From positions 6,785-70,784 of the forward strand of contig JAUJOR010000016.1 of NCBI GenBank assembly GCA_030447525.1: DNA of 64,000 nucleotides, read 5' to 3'. The notes below the pieces were generated by a model. The model ran no database searches. It was not told the DNA's origin and saw nothing but the letters and a program-made list of their open reading frames with translations. Position numbers and translations under genes: made by a program. Shown here in pieces: positions 37,785-47,960 of this stretch (position 1 is its first letter; the number at the start of each line of letters is the position of its first letter). The stretch comes from Chloroflexota bacterium. Lineage in GTDB: Bacteria > Chloroflexota > UBA11872 > UBA12225.

Positions 37785-39125
37785 ATGACGCCCCGGCAAG
37801 AGCACCGACCCTTGCAACGTCCCAGCTACCACGACCAGCGTGCCCTGGTCATGGGCTTGGGCGTCTCCGGCGGGGGCGTGGGCGTCGCCCGCTTCCTCGC
37901 CCGGCGCGGGGCAAAGGTCACCGTCACCGACCTCTCGCCACCGGATCGCCTGGCCGAGTCCATCGCCGCCCTCCACGGTCTCGACATCCACTACGTCCTG
38001 GGCGAGCATCGTGAAGCCGATGTTCTGCAGGCCGACTTTGTGGTGCGTAATCCGGCTGTGCCTCGCACCCATCCCTTGCTGCAGCTGGCCGAGGCCCGCG
38101 GCCTGCCCATCTATATGGAAATGACCTTGTTCTTCCTGGAGTGTCCCAGCTCCCACATCGTCGGCGTTACCGGCACAAAGGGCAAGACAACGACCACCAC
38201 CCTCTTGGGTGAAGTCCTCGGGGGCGCCGGTCGCGACGTCGTCGTTGCCGGCAACCTCCGCATATCCGCTCTTGAGCAGCTCTCGCGGATCGGAGCGGAA
38301 ACGGATGTCGTCTTGGAGCTCTCTAGCTTTCAGCTGGAGGGCCTGGAGGGAATTGCCACGAGCCCGCCGGTGGCGGTGATCACCAATCTGATGAACGACC
38401 ACCTCAACCGCTACCCCTCTCTGGAGGCTTACTACGGGGCCAAGCAGCTCGTCTTCCGCTTCCAGGATCGGAGCGGAATTGTGGCCCTTAACCGTGACAA
38501 TCCACCGTCGCGGGACCTTGCGCGGGAGGCCCCGGGGAAAGTGGTGTGGTTTGGGCGCGACGATGTCGTACCAGGAGCGGATGTTGGCCGGCTGCGAGGG
38601 GAGCACAACCGGCTCAATAGTGCCGCCGCCGCGGCCGTTGCTCGGGCGCTTGGTATCCAGGCCGACGTTATCGCCCGCGCTGTGGCCTCCTTTCGGGGTG
38701 TCCCCTACCGCCAGGAAGTGATCCGGGAGCGAGAAGGGGTGCAGTTCGTGAACGACTCAGCGGCCACCACGCCTGAGGCGGTGCTGGCCGCCCTGGCCGC
38801 CGCCGCCGGGCCGGTGGTATTGATCGCCGGCGGGGCGGACAAGGCCCTGGACTTCAGCGCCCTGGGGGAGGCGGTTGCCGCCCCCTCCAGCAGGGTAAGA
38901 GCCGTCGTCCTGCTGGAGGGCGATGCCACAGACAAGGTGGCCGCCGCCGTAGGACCGAAGGCGGTCGGGCGCTACCGTGATTTCCCGGCCGCCGTCCACC
39001 GCGCCGCCGCCCTGGCCTCGCCAGGAGACGTGGTGTTGCTTTCACCGGGCTGTGCTTCGTTCGGGATGTTCGCCAACGAGTTTGATCGTGGCGATCAGTT
39101 CAACGCCATCGTGCGCCGGCTATAA
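37785..39125 (+). CDS. murD: UDP-N-acetylmuramoyl-L-alanine--D-glutamate ligase
   Basis: GLGVSG, GVTGTKGKTTT, ELSSFQL, DHLNRY, NDSAAT, LSPGCASFGMF. Confidence 0.95.
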   Translation: MTPRQEHRPLQRPSYHDQRALVMGLGVSGGGVGVARFLARRGAKVTVTDLSPPDRLAESIAALHGLDIHYVLGEHREADVLQADFVVRNPAVPRTHPLLQLAEARGLPIYMEMTLFFLECPSSHIVGVTGTKGKTTTTTLLGEVLGGAGRDVVVAGNLRISALEQLSRIGAETDVVLELSSFQLEGLEGIATSPPVAVITNLMNDHLNRYPSLEAYYGAKQLVFRFQDRSGIVALNRDNPPSRDLAREAPGKVVWFGRDDVVPGADVGRLRGEHNRLNSAAAAAVARALGIQADVIARAVASFRGVPYRQEVIREREGVQFVNDSAATTPEAVLAALAAAAGPVVLIAGGADKALDFSALGEAVAAPSSRVRAVVLLEGDATDKVAAAVGPKAVGRYRDFPAAVHRAAALASPGDVVLLSPGCASFGMFANEFDRGDQFNAIVRRL

Positions 39126-39230
39126 CGCCCCGCTCGCAGGCGCCGACATTGCCGGCGAGGCCACCGGCGGGCCTGCAGACCTGTACCGGCCGGTGGCGCG
39201 GTACATGATCGCCTCGCGGCAGGACCTCCC

Positions 39231-39962
39231 TCAGCGTGCCCCGGCGGCGTTGATGACCTCCTGCTGTAACGTCAGGAGCTGCCTGATTCCCCGCTCCGCG
39301 AGATCGAGCAGACCGGCCATCGCCTCCCGGGAGAAGGGTTTCCCTTCCGCGGTGCCTTGCACCTCCACGTACTCCCCAGTCTGCGTCATCACCACGTTGA
39401 AGTCTACTTCCGCACGGGAGTCCTCGACGTAACTAAGATCGAGGATCGGCTCTCCATGGAGTATCCCCACGCTGCTCGCGGCTACGGCCGCCCGCAGCGG
39501 GGACGTGCGCACCAGCCCCCGCCGTTCCAAGTGCCTCAGGGCGAGGGCGATGCCGACGTAGGCCCCGGTGATGGCCGCCGTGCGCGTCCCCCCATCGGCC
39601 TGGATGACGTCGCAGTCGACGAAGAGAGTGCGCGGGCCAATACGATCGAGATCGACCGTCGTGCGTAGCGCCCGGCCGATCAGGCGCTGGATCTCGTGTG
39701 TGCGCCCCCCGACGCGACCCCGGGTGGACTCGCGCGGGCTGCGCGTGTGAGTCGACCGCGGCAACATGGCGTACTCGGCCGTGATCCAGCCCTGCTCCGT
39801 GCGCTGGAGATGCGGGGGCTGAGTCTCCTCGACGCTGACGGCGCACAGGACGCGCGTCTTACCCACCTCGATCAACGCCGAGCCCTCAGCGTGATCGAGG
39901 TAGTGGGGCGTGATCCTTACCGGTCGCAGATCTTCGGGCATCCGGCCGTCGGGACGCGCCAT
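39231..39962 (-). CDS. rph: Ribonuclease PH
   Basis: GWITAEYAMLP, GRTHEIQRLIGR, DCDVIQADGGTRTA, EVQGTAE. Confidence 0.97.
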   Translation of the reverse strand: MARPDGRMPEDLRPVRITPHYLDHAEGSALIEVGKTRVLCAVSVEETQPPHLQRTEQGWITAEYAMLPRSTHTRSPRESTRGRVGGRTHEIQRLIGRALRTTVDLDRIGPRTLFVDCDVIQADGGTRTAAITGAYVGIALALRHLERRGLVRTSPLRAAVAASSVGILHGEPILDLSYVEDSRAEVDFNVVMTQTGEYVEVQGTAEGKPFSREAMAGLLDLAERGIRQLLTLQQEVINAAGAR

Positions 39963-40046
39963 GCATTCCTCCAGTTCTTCGCCAGGCTGACCTGACCCCT
40001 GCCCACCACCGTCGGCCGATCGTTCGGCCGGCGTGGACGTCGTACC

Positions 40047-41723
40047 CTAAGGATCCGGCGGCATCGGGGTGGGCCGGGGGGGGCGCTCTCTCAGGCTGAT
40101 CGACCGGAGCCAGGGGTAGGCCATCGCTGATGTCCCATACCCCTGGACGTACGGCTTCACCAAGACGTAGCGCTTGGAGTGCCAAAGCGGCACCCACGGG
40201 GCGTCGCGCAAGATCAGGCCCTCTGCCTCTTGGTACAGCCGGTAGCGCGCAGCGCTGTCCCGCTCCATGCGCGCCCGTTCCAGGAGCCGGTCGACATCCG
40301 GATTGGCGTACTGCGCAGTGTTCTCATTGCTCCGGCTGTGGAAGAGGAGATCAAGAAAGTTCTGGGGATCGGCATAGTCAGCCAGCCAGCCATAGAAGAA
40401 CAGCTGGAATTGATCTCTATGCCGGGACATGGCGTCCATAAAGCCGTTGCGGTCGAACTGCCGGACGCGGACGTCGATCCCCAGGTTCTGCTTGTACATC
40501 GCCACTATGGCGTTGATCTCCGGCGGGGCGCCGGTACGGTTGCCGGCCAGCGACAGGACGATCTCCGGGAAGTTGCGCACGTCGCGGTAGCTAGACTCGG
40601 CGACCAGCTGGCGGGCGCGAGAGACGTCGAAGTCCAGACCCTTGACGTTGTCGCTCCGCCCGGGCATCCCCGGAGGCAAGATCCCCTCGACCTTGACCAC
40701 CGTCTTCTTCAAGGTCAGGTTGGCGATCTTGTCCCGGTCAAGGGCATGGTTGAAGGCCTGACGCACCTTGGCGTCGTCGAACGGCTTGGCCATGACATTC
40801 ATGCCCAGGTATTGAATGTCCATGTCCGTACGCACCCGCAGCTCCCGCGACAGCGGGTTGCTCTTGTCCGTGACGCGCTCGATCTCGGCCAGCTCAACGA
40901 GGGCGATGTCCAAGTGACCCTCCTCGTACGCCGCTACGGGCGAGAGAGGGACAAACGACGCTTCGGAAAGGGCCGGCCTGGGGCCATAGTAGGCGTCGTG
41001 GCGCACTAAGATCAGACTCTCGTCCGGTTTCGCTTCTCGGATACGAAATGGCCCCGTCCCGTTGGGGTTGGCCCACCAGTTCGCCCCACCGCCCTCGACG
41101 TTCGCGCGATCGACGACATAGGCCACCGGGTAGGTCAGCTTGGCCGGGAAGTAGACCCGTGGCTCGTTAAGCGTGATTTCTACAGTCAGGTCGTCGCGCA
41201 CTTTGACGCCCCCCACTTCTGACGTCGTTCCCTGCAAGCGATCGGTGACGCCAGCGATGTCGCCAAGGTAGGTGGCCGCCACGGGAGACTTGCTGGCCGG
41301 GTTGGCCGCGCGCTCCAGGCTGTACTTCACGTCGGCGGCGCGCACCTCTCGCCCGTCGTGAAACCGGGCCCCTTTTCGCAGGCTAAAGGTGTAGGTCAGA
41401 CCATCCGGGCTCACCTGCCACTTCTCGGCCAGATCAGGGACGACCTCTGCCTTTTCGTTCAGGCCGGTCAGCCCGCTGAAGACCTGCACGACGTACTCCG
41501 CCTCCAGGGCGCCCTGAGTCATGATGGGGTCGAGCGTCTCGAAAGGGTACAAGTAGGTGCGCAAGACCTGGTCGACCGGCGGACGCCGAAAGGGGTTGAG
41601 CTGGCAGGCGGAGAATGCCGTAGCCCCCAGGGCCACCGGCAGGCTCAACGCCATACGGCGGTTCCGGCCCCGGCGAGTGGGTGCTTTGGGCGGGCCAGGA
41701 GGCGTTGCATCAGACCGGGCCAT
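40047..41723 (-). CDS. Peptide ABC transporter substrate-binding lipoprotein (family 5, OppA/DppA-like), orphan
   Basis: Lipobox-like AFSAC; PDLAEKW..SPDG.TYTF.LR, GTGPF, PFDDAKVRQA, WLADYADP. Confidence 0.93.
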   Translation of the reverse strand: MARSDATPPGPPKAPTRRGRNRRMALSLPVALGATAFSACQLNPFRRPPVDQVLRTYLYPFETLDPIMTQGALEAEYVVQVFSGLTGLNEKAEVVPDLAEKWQVSPDGLTYTFSLRKGARFHDGREVRAADVKYSLERAANPASKSPVAATYLGDIAGVTDRLQGTTSEVGGVKVRDDLTVEITLNEPRVYFPAKLTYPVAYVVDRANVEGGGANWWANPNGTGPFRIREAKPDESLILVRHDAYYGPRPALSEASFVPLSPVAAYEEGHLDIALVELAEIERVTDKSNPLSRELRVRTDMDIQYLGMNVMAKPFDDAKVRQAFNHALDRDKIANLTLKKTVVKVEGILPPGMPGRSDNVKGLDFDVSRARQLVAESSYRDVRNFPEIVLSLAGNRTGAPPEINAIVAMYKQNLGIDVRVRQFDRNGFMDAMSRHRDQFQLFFYGWLADYADPQNFLDLLFHSRSNENTAQYANPDVDRLLERARMERDSAARYRLYQEAEGLILRDAPWVPLWHSKRYVLVKPYVQGYGTSAMAYPWLRSISLRERPPRPTPMPPDP

Positions 41724-41917
41724 GGCCGCACTCTACTCCATCATCTGGTGAGAACACGCTCTATCCTTGCGCCGGCCGGAGTGTGGGGCGTTCCGAGCTC
41801 GTGCGGTGCCGGCGCCCCGCCGGGCACGAGTGACTCACGTGTTCATTTCGTGCGCTGGTCATGCGCTGGCACACGGTGTGTCGCGCGGGCGCGCCGGACA
41901 GACCGGATACTCCCGGG

Positions 41918-42535
41918 TCAGGGTCGGCGCCGCCGGCGGGGCGTAGCCGGGGACGCCGTCCTTCCCCTGGGGCTGGCCTTGGGGCCGGCAGCCCCGCCGG
42001 CGTGGCCCAGCAAGGCCAGGGCGCGACGCAAGATGGCCCGTTCGTTCTCGTGGCTGACCATATCCAGGGCATCGGCAGCCGACAGCCAGCGGGCAAAGTC
42101 GTACTCTGCATCGTGTAGGGCCGTGTCCCCGGCTACCGGCCGGAGCAAGAAATGGTAGACGGTCTTGTGGAACCGAGTGTTCGGCGTGGCGGGCCTTACT
42201 TGATCACCACGACCACGCTCGCTGCGCCAGGGGAGGACGACTCCTCGAGGTGGCGTGCGAAAAGTGTAAGAGATACTCCCCAAAGGGGCCACGATCTGCC
42301 CCAGGACGCCGGTCTCTTCGGCGATCTCCCGCAGGGCCGTTTGCTCAATCGTCTCACCGTCTCGCGGCGTCCCCTTGGGCAAAGCCCATAGCGGGGGCCG
42401 GCGCCGACCGACGAGCAGGAACTCCAGCACGTCATCGTGGGCGTAGCGGTAGAGCACACCACCGCACGAAACGAGCCGTCGAGCCGTCCCTATCTCATCG
42501 GCCGGTGGCTCCACGTGATCACGCGTGGCTGCCAC
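41918..42535 (-). CDS. NUDIX hydrolase
   Basis: WALPKG...GETIEQTALREIAEETG Nudix box. Confidence 0.93.
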   Translation of the reverse strand: MAATRDHVEPPADEIGTARRLVSCGGVLYRYAHDDVLEFLLVGRRRPPLWALPKGTPRDGETIEQTALREIAEETGVLGQIVAPLGSISYTFRTPPRGVVLPWRSERGRGDQVRPATPNTRFHKTVYHFLLRPVAGDTALHDAEYDFARWLSAADALDMVSHENERAILRRALALLGHAGGAAGPKASPRGRTASPATPRRRRRP

Positions 42536-43214
42536 GGGTCTTCAGTCGCCGCCCCGGCCGGGCCAGGGCGGCCGCGGCCTCCCGTTCCGGCCCACTCGCA
42601 AGGAGCTCGATGATGTTGCGGAAACAATAGCTCCATACCGCCTGCGCCAGCCAGGTGGCACAGAGCATCAAGAGCAAGAACGCAGGGGCGCCGCGGAGGA
42701 GGCGTTCTACCTGCGTCCAGCCTCCATGGGTGGCAGCGACCCCCAGGGCCAGACTCACCAGCAGGCCATAGATAAAGGCGAACTCTCGAAAGAACGGCCG
42801 GCGACCAAATGCCAGGTCGGCAGCCTCTGCGTGGAGGAAAAGCCAGCGCCGGAACTGGGCCAGGAGCACGCCGAGCAGCCCGGCCGACAAGAGCAGCGGG
42901 GCCTCGTCCACTGCCGGGGCAAAGACGGCTCGGAAGTCTGCCCGGGTCAAGGGTCGCCCAACTCCAACGATCGAGTCCTGCCCTTCGTTGACCAGCGAGG
43001 CGACGTAGGCGGCCAGCAAGCCGCAGGCAAGGATTGCCAGGGGGGCGAAAAAGACACACAGCCCGGCAAGGAAGCCACTGGAGAGGATCGTCCGCTCCCG
43101 CGCCACGGTCACCAGGAGGTCTGCCTGGTATGGCGACGGGCCTGGCACGGGCACTCGAGCGCGGTCGTTCATGGCCTCATGCTGGCGGCCGCCCCTCCCC
43201 TGGGGAAGGAGCAC
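42519..43214 (-). CDS. Hypothetical membrane protein (about 4 TM)
   Basis: Four hydrophobic segments; co-directional and tightly packed between dcd and the NUDIX gene. Confidence 0.65.
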   Translation of the reverse strand: MLLPQGRGGRQHEAMNDRARVPVPGPSPYQADLLVTVARERTILSSGFLAGLCVFFAPLAILACGLLAAYVASLVNEGQDSIVGVGRPLTRADFRAVFAPAVDEAPLLLSAGLLGVLLAQFRRWLFLHAEAADLAFGRRPFFREFAFIYGLLVSLALGVAATHGGWTQVERLLRGAPAFLLLMLCATWLAQAVWSYCFRNIIELLASGPEREAAAALARPGRRLKTRGSHA

Positions 43215-43223
43215 CTCTACCTC

Positions 43224-43796
43224 TTATGTACGCTCGCTGAAGTCGAGGTGGATGCGACTCGCCGTGGGCTCGTCCTGCCCCTGATACTTGCTGCCTAGGG
43301 GTTGCGACCCATAGGGGCGTTCAGCCGGCGTGGTCATCTCCAGAAAAGAAAGCTGGCCGATCTTCATGCGCGGGTAGAGCTGGATGGGGAGGGAAGCGGC
43401 GTTACTCAGCTCCAGTGTCAAGTGGCCACGGAAGCCGGGGTCGACGTATCCAGCCGTGGAATGGATCACCAGCCCCAGCCGTCCCAGCGAGCTCTTCCCC
43501 TCAAGCCGGCCCACAACGTCGTCCGGGAGAGTGACTTCCTCCCAGGTGTTCCCCAGGCAGAACTGGCCGGGCTGGAGGACGAAAGCCTCACCGTCCCCAA
43601 CTGTGACCAGCTCCGTGAGATCCGGCTGCTCCCGCCGCGGGTCGATGTGCGTGTACCGCGTGCTGCGGAAGATGCGAAAGCGTCGATCGAGCCGGATGTC
43701 AATGCTGGACGGCTGGATGGCCAGGGCATCGAACGGCTCGACGCGCAGGCGCCCAGCCTCGATCAGTTCACGGATCGTGCGATCGCTGAGCACCAT
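43224..43796 (-). CDS. dcd: dCTP deaminase
   Basis: [45 protein letters not shown]. Confidence 0.96.
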   Translation of the reverse strand: MVLSDRTIRELIEAGRLRVEPFDALAIQPSSIDIRLDRRFRIFRSTRYTHIDPRREQPDLTELVTVGDGEAFVLQPGQFCLGNTWEEVTLPDDVVGRLEGKSSLGRLGLVIHSTAGYVDPGFRGHLTLELSNAASLPIQLYPRMKIGQLSFLEMTTPAERPYGSQPLGSKYQGQDEPTASRIHLDFSERT

Positions 43797-44306
43797 CGCC
43801 AGTGGCTCCCCTGCCCCCGACGGGAGTATACCGCCTGTCTTCATCGAGGCTCTCTTCGGAGGGGCGCCGGCGTGTGTCCGGGGGCAGTGGCGCGGATGAC
43901 GTCTCGTGCCCGGCGTCTGGATCGCCATGCGTTCCCCAGGGACACCGCGGCGCCGGTGTCTGGCAGGAGGTCCGCCATGCCAGGTGAGACGCTGGAGGTC
44001 CTGCAACGTACGGCCGCTGATCCAGGGCTTGGTAGCTTGCTGGCGCAGTGGAACCGCCGTCCATATACTTCGCGTAACACTGCTGTGAAGAAGATGGACC
44101 TGCGCGGGCAAACGGCGTGCCGACACACCCCAGCCGCTGTCTTCGGATCGATCTTCGTGGGGCAGGGCTGGCCCGTCGCCCGCGCTGGCCTTGAAGTGGC
44201 CGGAGTGGCCGGGCTCTCACCGGGCTGCCACTTCGAGGCTGGAATCGCCGGCGCGCCGTATCCGAGGCGTCGCCGGGCCTGGCCCCCAGCACGTCTCGAT
44301 GGGCTA

Positions 44307-44335
44307 TTGCTCTATAGGTTAGATGTCGATATACT
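44307..44335 (+). promoter_or_regulatory. Putative sigma70 promoter of the carbohydrate-uptake operon
   Basis: TTGCTC-N17-TATACT in a locally AT-rich patch. Confidence 0.6.
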
Positions 44336-44342
44336 GGCCCCA

Positions 44343-44362
44343 GGCACGCCAATTGGCGTGCC
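44343..44362. promoter_or_regulatory. Perfect 20-bp palindrome, candidate operator
   Basis: GGCACGCCAATTGGCGTGCC, 7 bp after the -10 box. Confidence 0.5.
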
Positions 44363-44483
44363 CTTTGTACAGGGCATGTGGTGACCGGCCCTAGGGCCGG
44401 CTAGGGCCGGCAGGGAGATCGCCGGCGGAGTAGCCGGTGTGGCGCGCAAAGGCTGCAACGACCGCTGTGTCAGGAGACAGTGC

Positions 44484-47400
44484 ATGAGCTGGATGACCAC
44501 TCCACATTTGCCCGGCGTCCCGCGCCACCAGACTCCCCGCCCGACGGGCTGGGCCTGCAGGAGGCGCGCCCTACGTTGGTCACAGCAGGCGATGGCCGCG
44601 CTGCTGGTCGCCGGAATGCTCCTCCCTGCCTTTCCCCTCCCGGCGGCGGCCGGATCGCTCGATCAGGCGCCGGTGGGCGGCGCCGGGGCCGCCGGTGGGG
44701 CGCCGGCGGCCGGCATAGGGGTAGGGGCCGCCGGGAGCGCGGCAGCTCCCACCAGCGCGGGGGCGGCCGGGGCGCAGCCGGCCCCCGTACAGCCGGCCCC
44801 CGTACAGCAGGTCACCGCGCAGCAGGCGCAGGGCGACCGGCAGCAAAGGCCGATAGAGGAGCTCACCCCCGAGGATCTGTTCGGCCAGCCCATCTACGCC
44901 GACGTCAAGGCCGAATGGGACAAGCAGTTCAAGCCGGTCAGCGCCGGCGTGGAGGTGCGGATCCCGGCCGCCGACTACAGCGCCGCCGGCGGGAATGAGG
45001 GTCTGCAAGTAGTAGACAACTTCCAGGGCAAGGCCGGGCGGACGCTGCTGTGGACGATCGACGACGGCTGGGTGGAGTGGGATGTCACCGTTCCCGAGAC
45101 CGGGCTCTACGAGATCACGGTGGACTACTACCCCATCCCCGGCAAGCGCGCCTCGGTGCAGCGCGACCTCTTGATCGATGGGGAGCTGCCCTTCCGGGAA
45201 GCGAAGCGGGTCGTCTTCCAGCGTGTCTGGAAGGACGCTTACTGGCCCCCGAAGCAAGACAATCAGGGGCAGGACATCCGTCCACCTCAGGTAGAGGCCC
45301 CGCAGTGGGAAACCAAGACCATCGAGGACGCGGATGGGCGCTATGACGCCCCCTTCCAGTTCGCCTTTACTGCCGGGGCGCACAAGCTGCGCCTGCAGAC
45401 GGTGCGGGAGACCGTCGCACTGCACACCATCACCCTCCACACCCCGCGGGTAATCCCCACCTACCAGGAGCGCCTGGCGGAGTGGCGGGCCAAGGGGTAC
45501 AAGGAAGTCACCGGCAACAAGATCTCCAGGGTCGAGGCCGAGAACATCTACCTCAAGGCCGACCCCACCATCCGCGGCGAGGTCAACTTCGACGCCCTGG
45601 CCTCCCCTAACGCCAATGGGGTGTTCCGCCTGAACTCGTTTGGTTGGTGGCGCTGGCGCCTGCCGGGCCAATGGGCGCGCTGGAAAGTCACCGTCCCGGA
45701 GGACGGCCTGTATCAGATCAGCATGGACGTCTGGCAGGGCTGGGCCGGGCGCCGGCCCCGAATTCGCACCCTGCGCATCGATGGCGAGGTGCCCTTCCGG
45801 GAGATGCGCAACATCCTGTTTCGCAGCGACCGTCTGTGGCGCCTGGAGACAATGCGCCAGGACCAGCTGCCCGAAGGAGAGCCCTATCTCTTCTATCTCA
45901 GCAAGGGCGAACACATCCTGCAGATGGAAGTCACCCTGGGGTTCATGTCTGAGACGCAGCGGGTGCTGGATCAGACGCTCGGCGAGATGAGCGCCATGAA
46001 CCGGGAAATGCTCATGATCACGGGGGCCAACCCGGACCGGAACATGGATTGGGACCTGCACGAGAAGATCCCCACCCTTGTCCCGCGCCTGCGGTCGATC
46101 GTCGAGCGCCTAGAGACGCAGGCGACGCGCATGGAGGAGATTGGCAAGTCGCGCAACGACGCCTCTGCCGCCTTCCGCGTCGTGGTCGACCAGGTGCAAC
46201 GAATGGTCAATCAGCCGGCGGACATCCATCGCCTGCTAGACGACTTCACTCGCAGCCAGGGCATCCTGGCGGCGCAGATCGTCGCTCTCCAGAACCATCC
46301 GCTGGCGGTGGAGTGGTTCGCCGTGCACTCCCCTGACGCCAAGCTCCCGCGGGTGCAGGCCAACGTGGTGGAGCAGACCATAGCGTCCACCAGGACGTTC
46401 ATCATGTCCTTCTTCCGTGACTACACCGGCCTGGGGAGCAGCTACGGCAAGAACGAGAAGCCCCTGGAAGTGTGGGTCGGTCGGGGCTCCGAATGGGGCC
46501 AGATCATGAAGGATATGGCGGAGGATGACTTCACACCGGCCACGGGCATCAAGGTTAACCTCCACGTCATCCCGCCGGCCAACCTCGGAGAGGGCGCCGG
46601 CTCCGTGCTCCTGCTGGCTGCAACGGCCGGGGAAGCCCCCGACGTGGCCGTCGGCGTCCCTTCGCAGCTCCCGGTGGACTTCGCCGTACGCAAGGGACTG
46701 GTCAACCTGAACGAGTTCCCGGACTACGCCCAGGTGGCGGAGCGCTTCCGGCCGGGCGCCCTGGTGCCCTTCCGCTACAAGGTCCCGTTCACGAATCAGG
46801 TGGGGGACTGGGCGCTGCCGGAGACGCAGGACTTCGCCATGCTCTTCTATCGCACGGATGTGCTGACCGAGCTGGATATCAAGCCCCCGGACACGTGGGA
46901 GGACTTGTATGACGCCCTGCTCAAGCTGCAGCAAAATGGCCTGGACTTCTACTACCCGCCGCCGACCGGCGTGGCGGTGACCGAGGGGGCCGTGGGGTTC
47001 ACCCCCTTCCTGTTCCAGAACGGGGGCGACTACTACACCTGTGACGCTGAGGGGTCGTGCAAGTCGTCGCTGAACACTCCCGAGGCCCTGGCCGGCTTCC
47101 AGGAGTGGACGGAGCTCTATAGCAATTACAAGATCCCCCGCGAGGCTAACTTCTTTACCCGCATGCGCACGGGTGAGCAGCCCATCGGCGTCTCAAACTA
47201 CTTTGTGTACATCCAGCTCTCCACGGCGGCCCCGGAGCTGACTGGGCGCTGGGAAATGCGCCCCATGCCGGGGCACCGCTGCGGGTCAGTCAACAACACC
47301 ACGGGGATGATGATCCCCTGCCCCCCGGGTGAGCAGCCCGGCACCGTCATCCGCACCAGCGGGGGCACCGGCCAGGCGGTGGTCATCTTTAACCAGAGCA

Positions 47401-47789
47401 CGCAGAAAGACGCCTCGTGGGAGTTTCTCAAGTGGTGGACGTCCAAGGACGCCCAGCAGCGCTTCGGCGGTGAGCTGGAGGCGCTGATCGGGGTTGAGGC
47501 GCGCTGGAACACGGCCAACCTGGAAGCCCTGCAGGCCCTGCCGTGGCCCCGCCGCGATATCGCCTCCATCTTGGAACAGTGGCGCTGGTTCCGGGAGCCC
47601 CCGGTGGTCTTGGGAGGCTACTTCACCGGCCGTCACGTCCTGAACGCCTGGAACCGCGTGGTGCTGCAGGGGGTCAATCCCCGCGAGTCCTTGGAGGATG
47701 CCATCTTCGACATCAACAAGGAGCTGGCCAAGAAGCAGGAGGAGTTCGGGATCAAGGTTGATCCCTCTATGTACCGGCGCGGAGGCTGA
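44484..47789 (+). CDS. Very large extracellular solute-binding protein (family 1 SBP domain with N-terminal CBM-like beta-sandwich repeats)
   Basis: Signal peptide ...LLPAFPLPAAA; two repeats WVEWDVTVPETGLYEI / WARWKVTVPEDGLYQI; C-terminal FTPATGIKVN, APDVA, LFYRTD, PDTWEDL, SWEFLKWW; SD AGGAG before ATG 44484. Confidence 0.9.
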   Translation: MSWMTTPHLPGVPRHQTPRPTGWACRRRALRWSQQAMAALLVAGMLLPAFPLPAAAGSLDQAPVGGAGAAGGAPAAGIGVGAAGSAAAPTSAGAAGAQPAPVQPAPVQQVTAQQAQGDRQQRPIEELTPEDLFGQPIYADVKAEWDKQFKPVSAGVEVRIPAADYSAAGGNEGLQVVDNFQGKAGRTLLWTIDDGWVEWDVTVPETGLYEITVDYYPIPGKRASVQRDLLIDGELPFREAKRVVFQRVWKDAYWPPKQDNQGQDIRPPQVEAPQWETKTIEDADGRYDAPFQFAFTAGAHKLRLQTVRETVALHTITLHTPRVIPTYQERLAEWRAKGYKEVTGNKISRVEAENIYLKADPTIRGEVNFDALASPNANGVFRLNSFGWWRWRLPGQWARWKVTVPEDGLYQISMDVWQGWAGRRPRIRTLRIDGEVPFREMRNILFRSDRLWRLETMRQDQLPEGEPYLFYLSKGEHILQMEVTLGFMSETQRVLDQTLGEMSAMNREMLMITGANPDRNMDWDLHEKIPTLVPRLRSIVERLETQATRMEEIGKSRNDASAAFRVVVDQVQRMVNQPADIHRLLDDFTRSQGILAAQIVALQNHPLAVEWFAVHSPDAKLPRVQANVVEQTIASTRTFIMSFFRDYTGLGSSYGKNEKPLEVWVGRGSEWGQIMKDMAEDDFTPATGIKVNLHVIPPANLGEGAGSVLLLAATAGEAPDVAVGVPSQLPVDFAVRKGLVNLNEFPDYAQVAERFRPGALVPFRYKVPFTNQVGDWALPETQDFAMLFYRTDVLTELDIKPPDTWEDLYDALLKLQQNGLDFYYPPPTGVAVTEGAVGFTPFLFQNGGDYYTCDAEGSCKSSLNTPEALAGFQEWTELYSNYKIPREANFFTRMRTGEQPIGVSNYFVYIQLSTAAPELTGRWEMRPMPGHRCGSVNNTTGMMIPCPPGEQPGTVIRTSGGTGQAVVIFNQSTQKDASWEFLKWWTSKDAQQRFGGELEALIGVEARWNTANLEALQALPWPRRDIASILEQWRWFREPPVVLGGYFTGRHVLNAWNRVVLQGVNPRESLEDAIFDINKELAKKQEEFGIKVDPSMYRRGG

Positions 47790-47960
47790 GGCCAGCCGTG
47801 CCTGTGGGGCGGGTCAGCCGGCGGGTGTGTCCCCCGTCGCTCTGGCCCGCTCCCTACTCGGTCATGACCCTGTAGTGGTGAACTCAGCAGGCGACACCGG
47901 GAAGTAGGGCCAGTGTCGCCGCTGCCGGCGACGGCAAGCGCATAAGGAGGATGTGAACAA

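Noticed and set aside
44341-44357. sigma54 promoter (GGCACG...TTGG)
   Set aside because: The -12 element is GG rather than GC at the required spacing; better explained as a palindrome next to a sigma70 promoter
43797-44384. N-terminal extension of dcd, and a + strand ORF from ATG 43977 with an SD
   Set aside because: Dcd homology begins at MVLSD. The + strand frame has no recognisable motifs and runs through the predicted promoter; a small gene cannot be fully excluded.
44774-44810. 15-bp tandem repeat CAGCCGGCCCCCGTA
   Set aside because: In-frame QPAPV linker repeat within the SBP; ordinary low-complexity sequence
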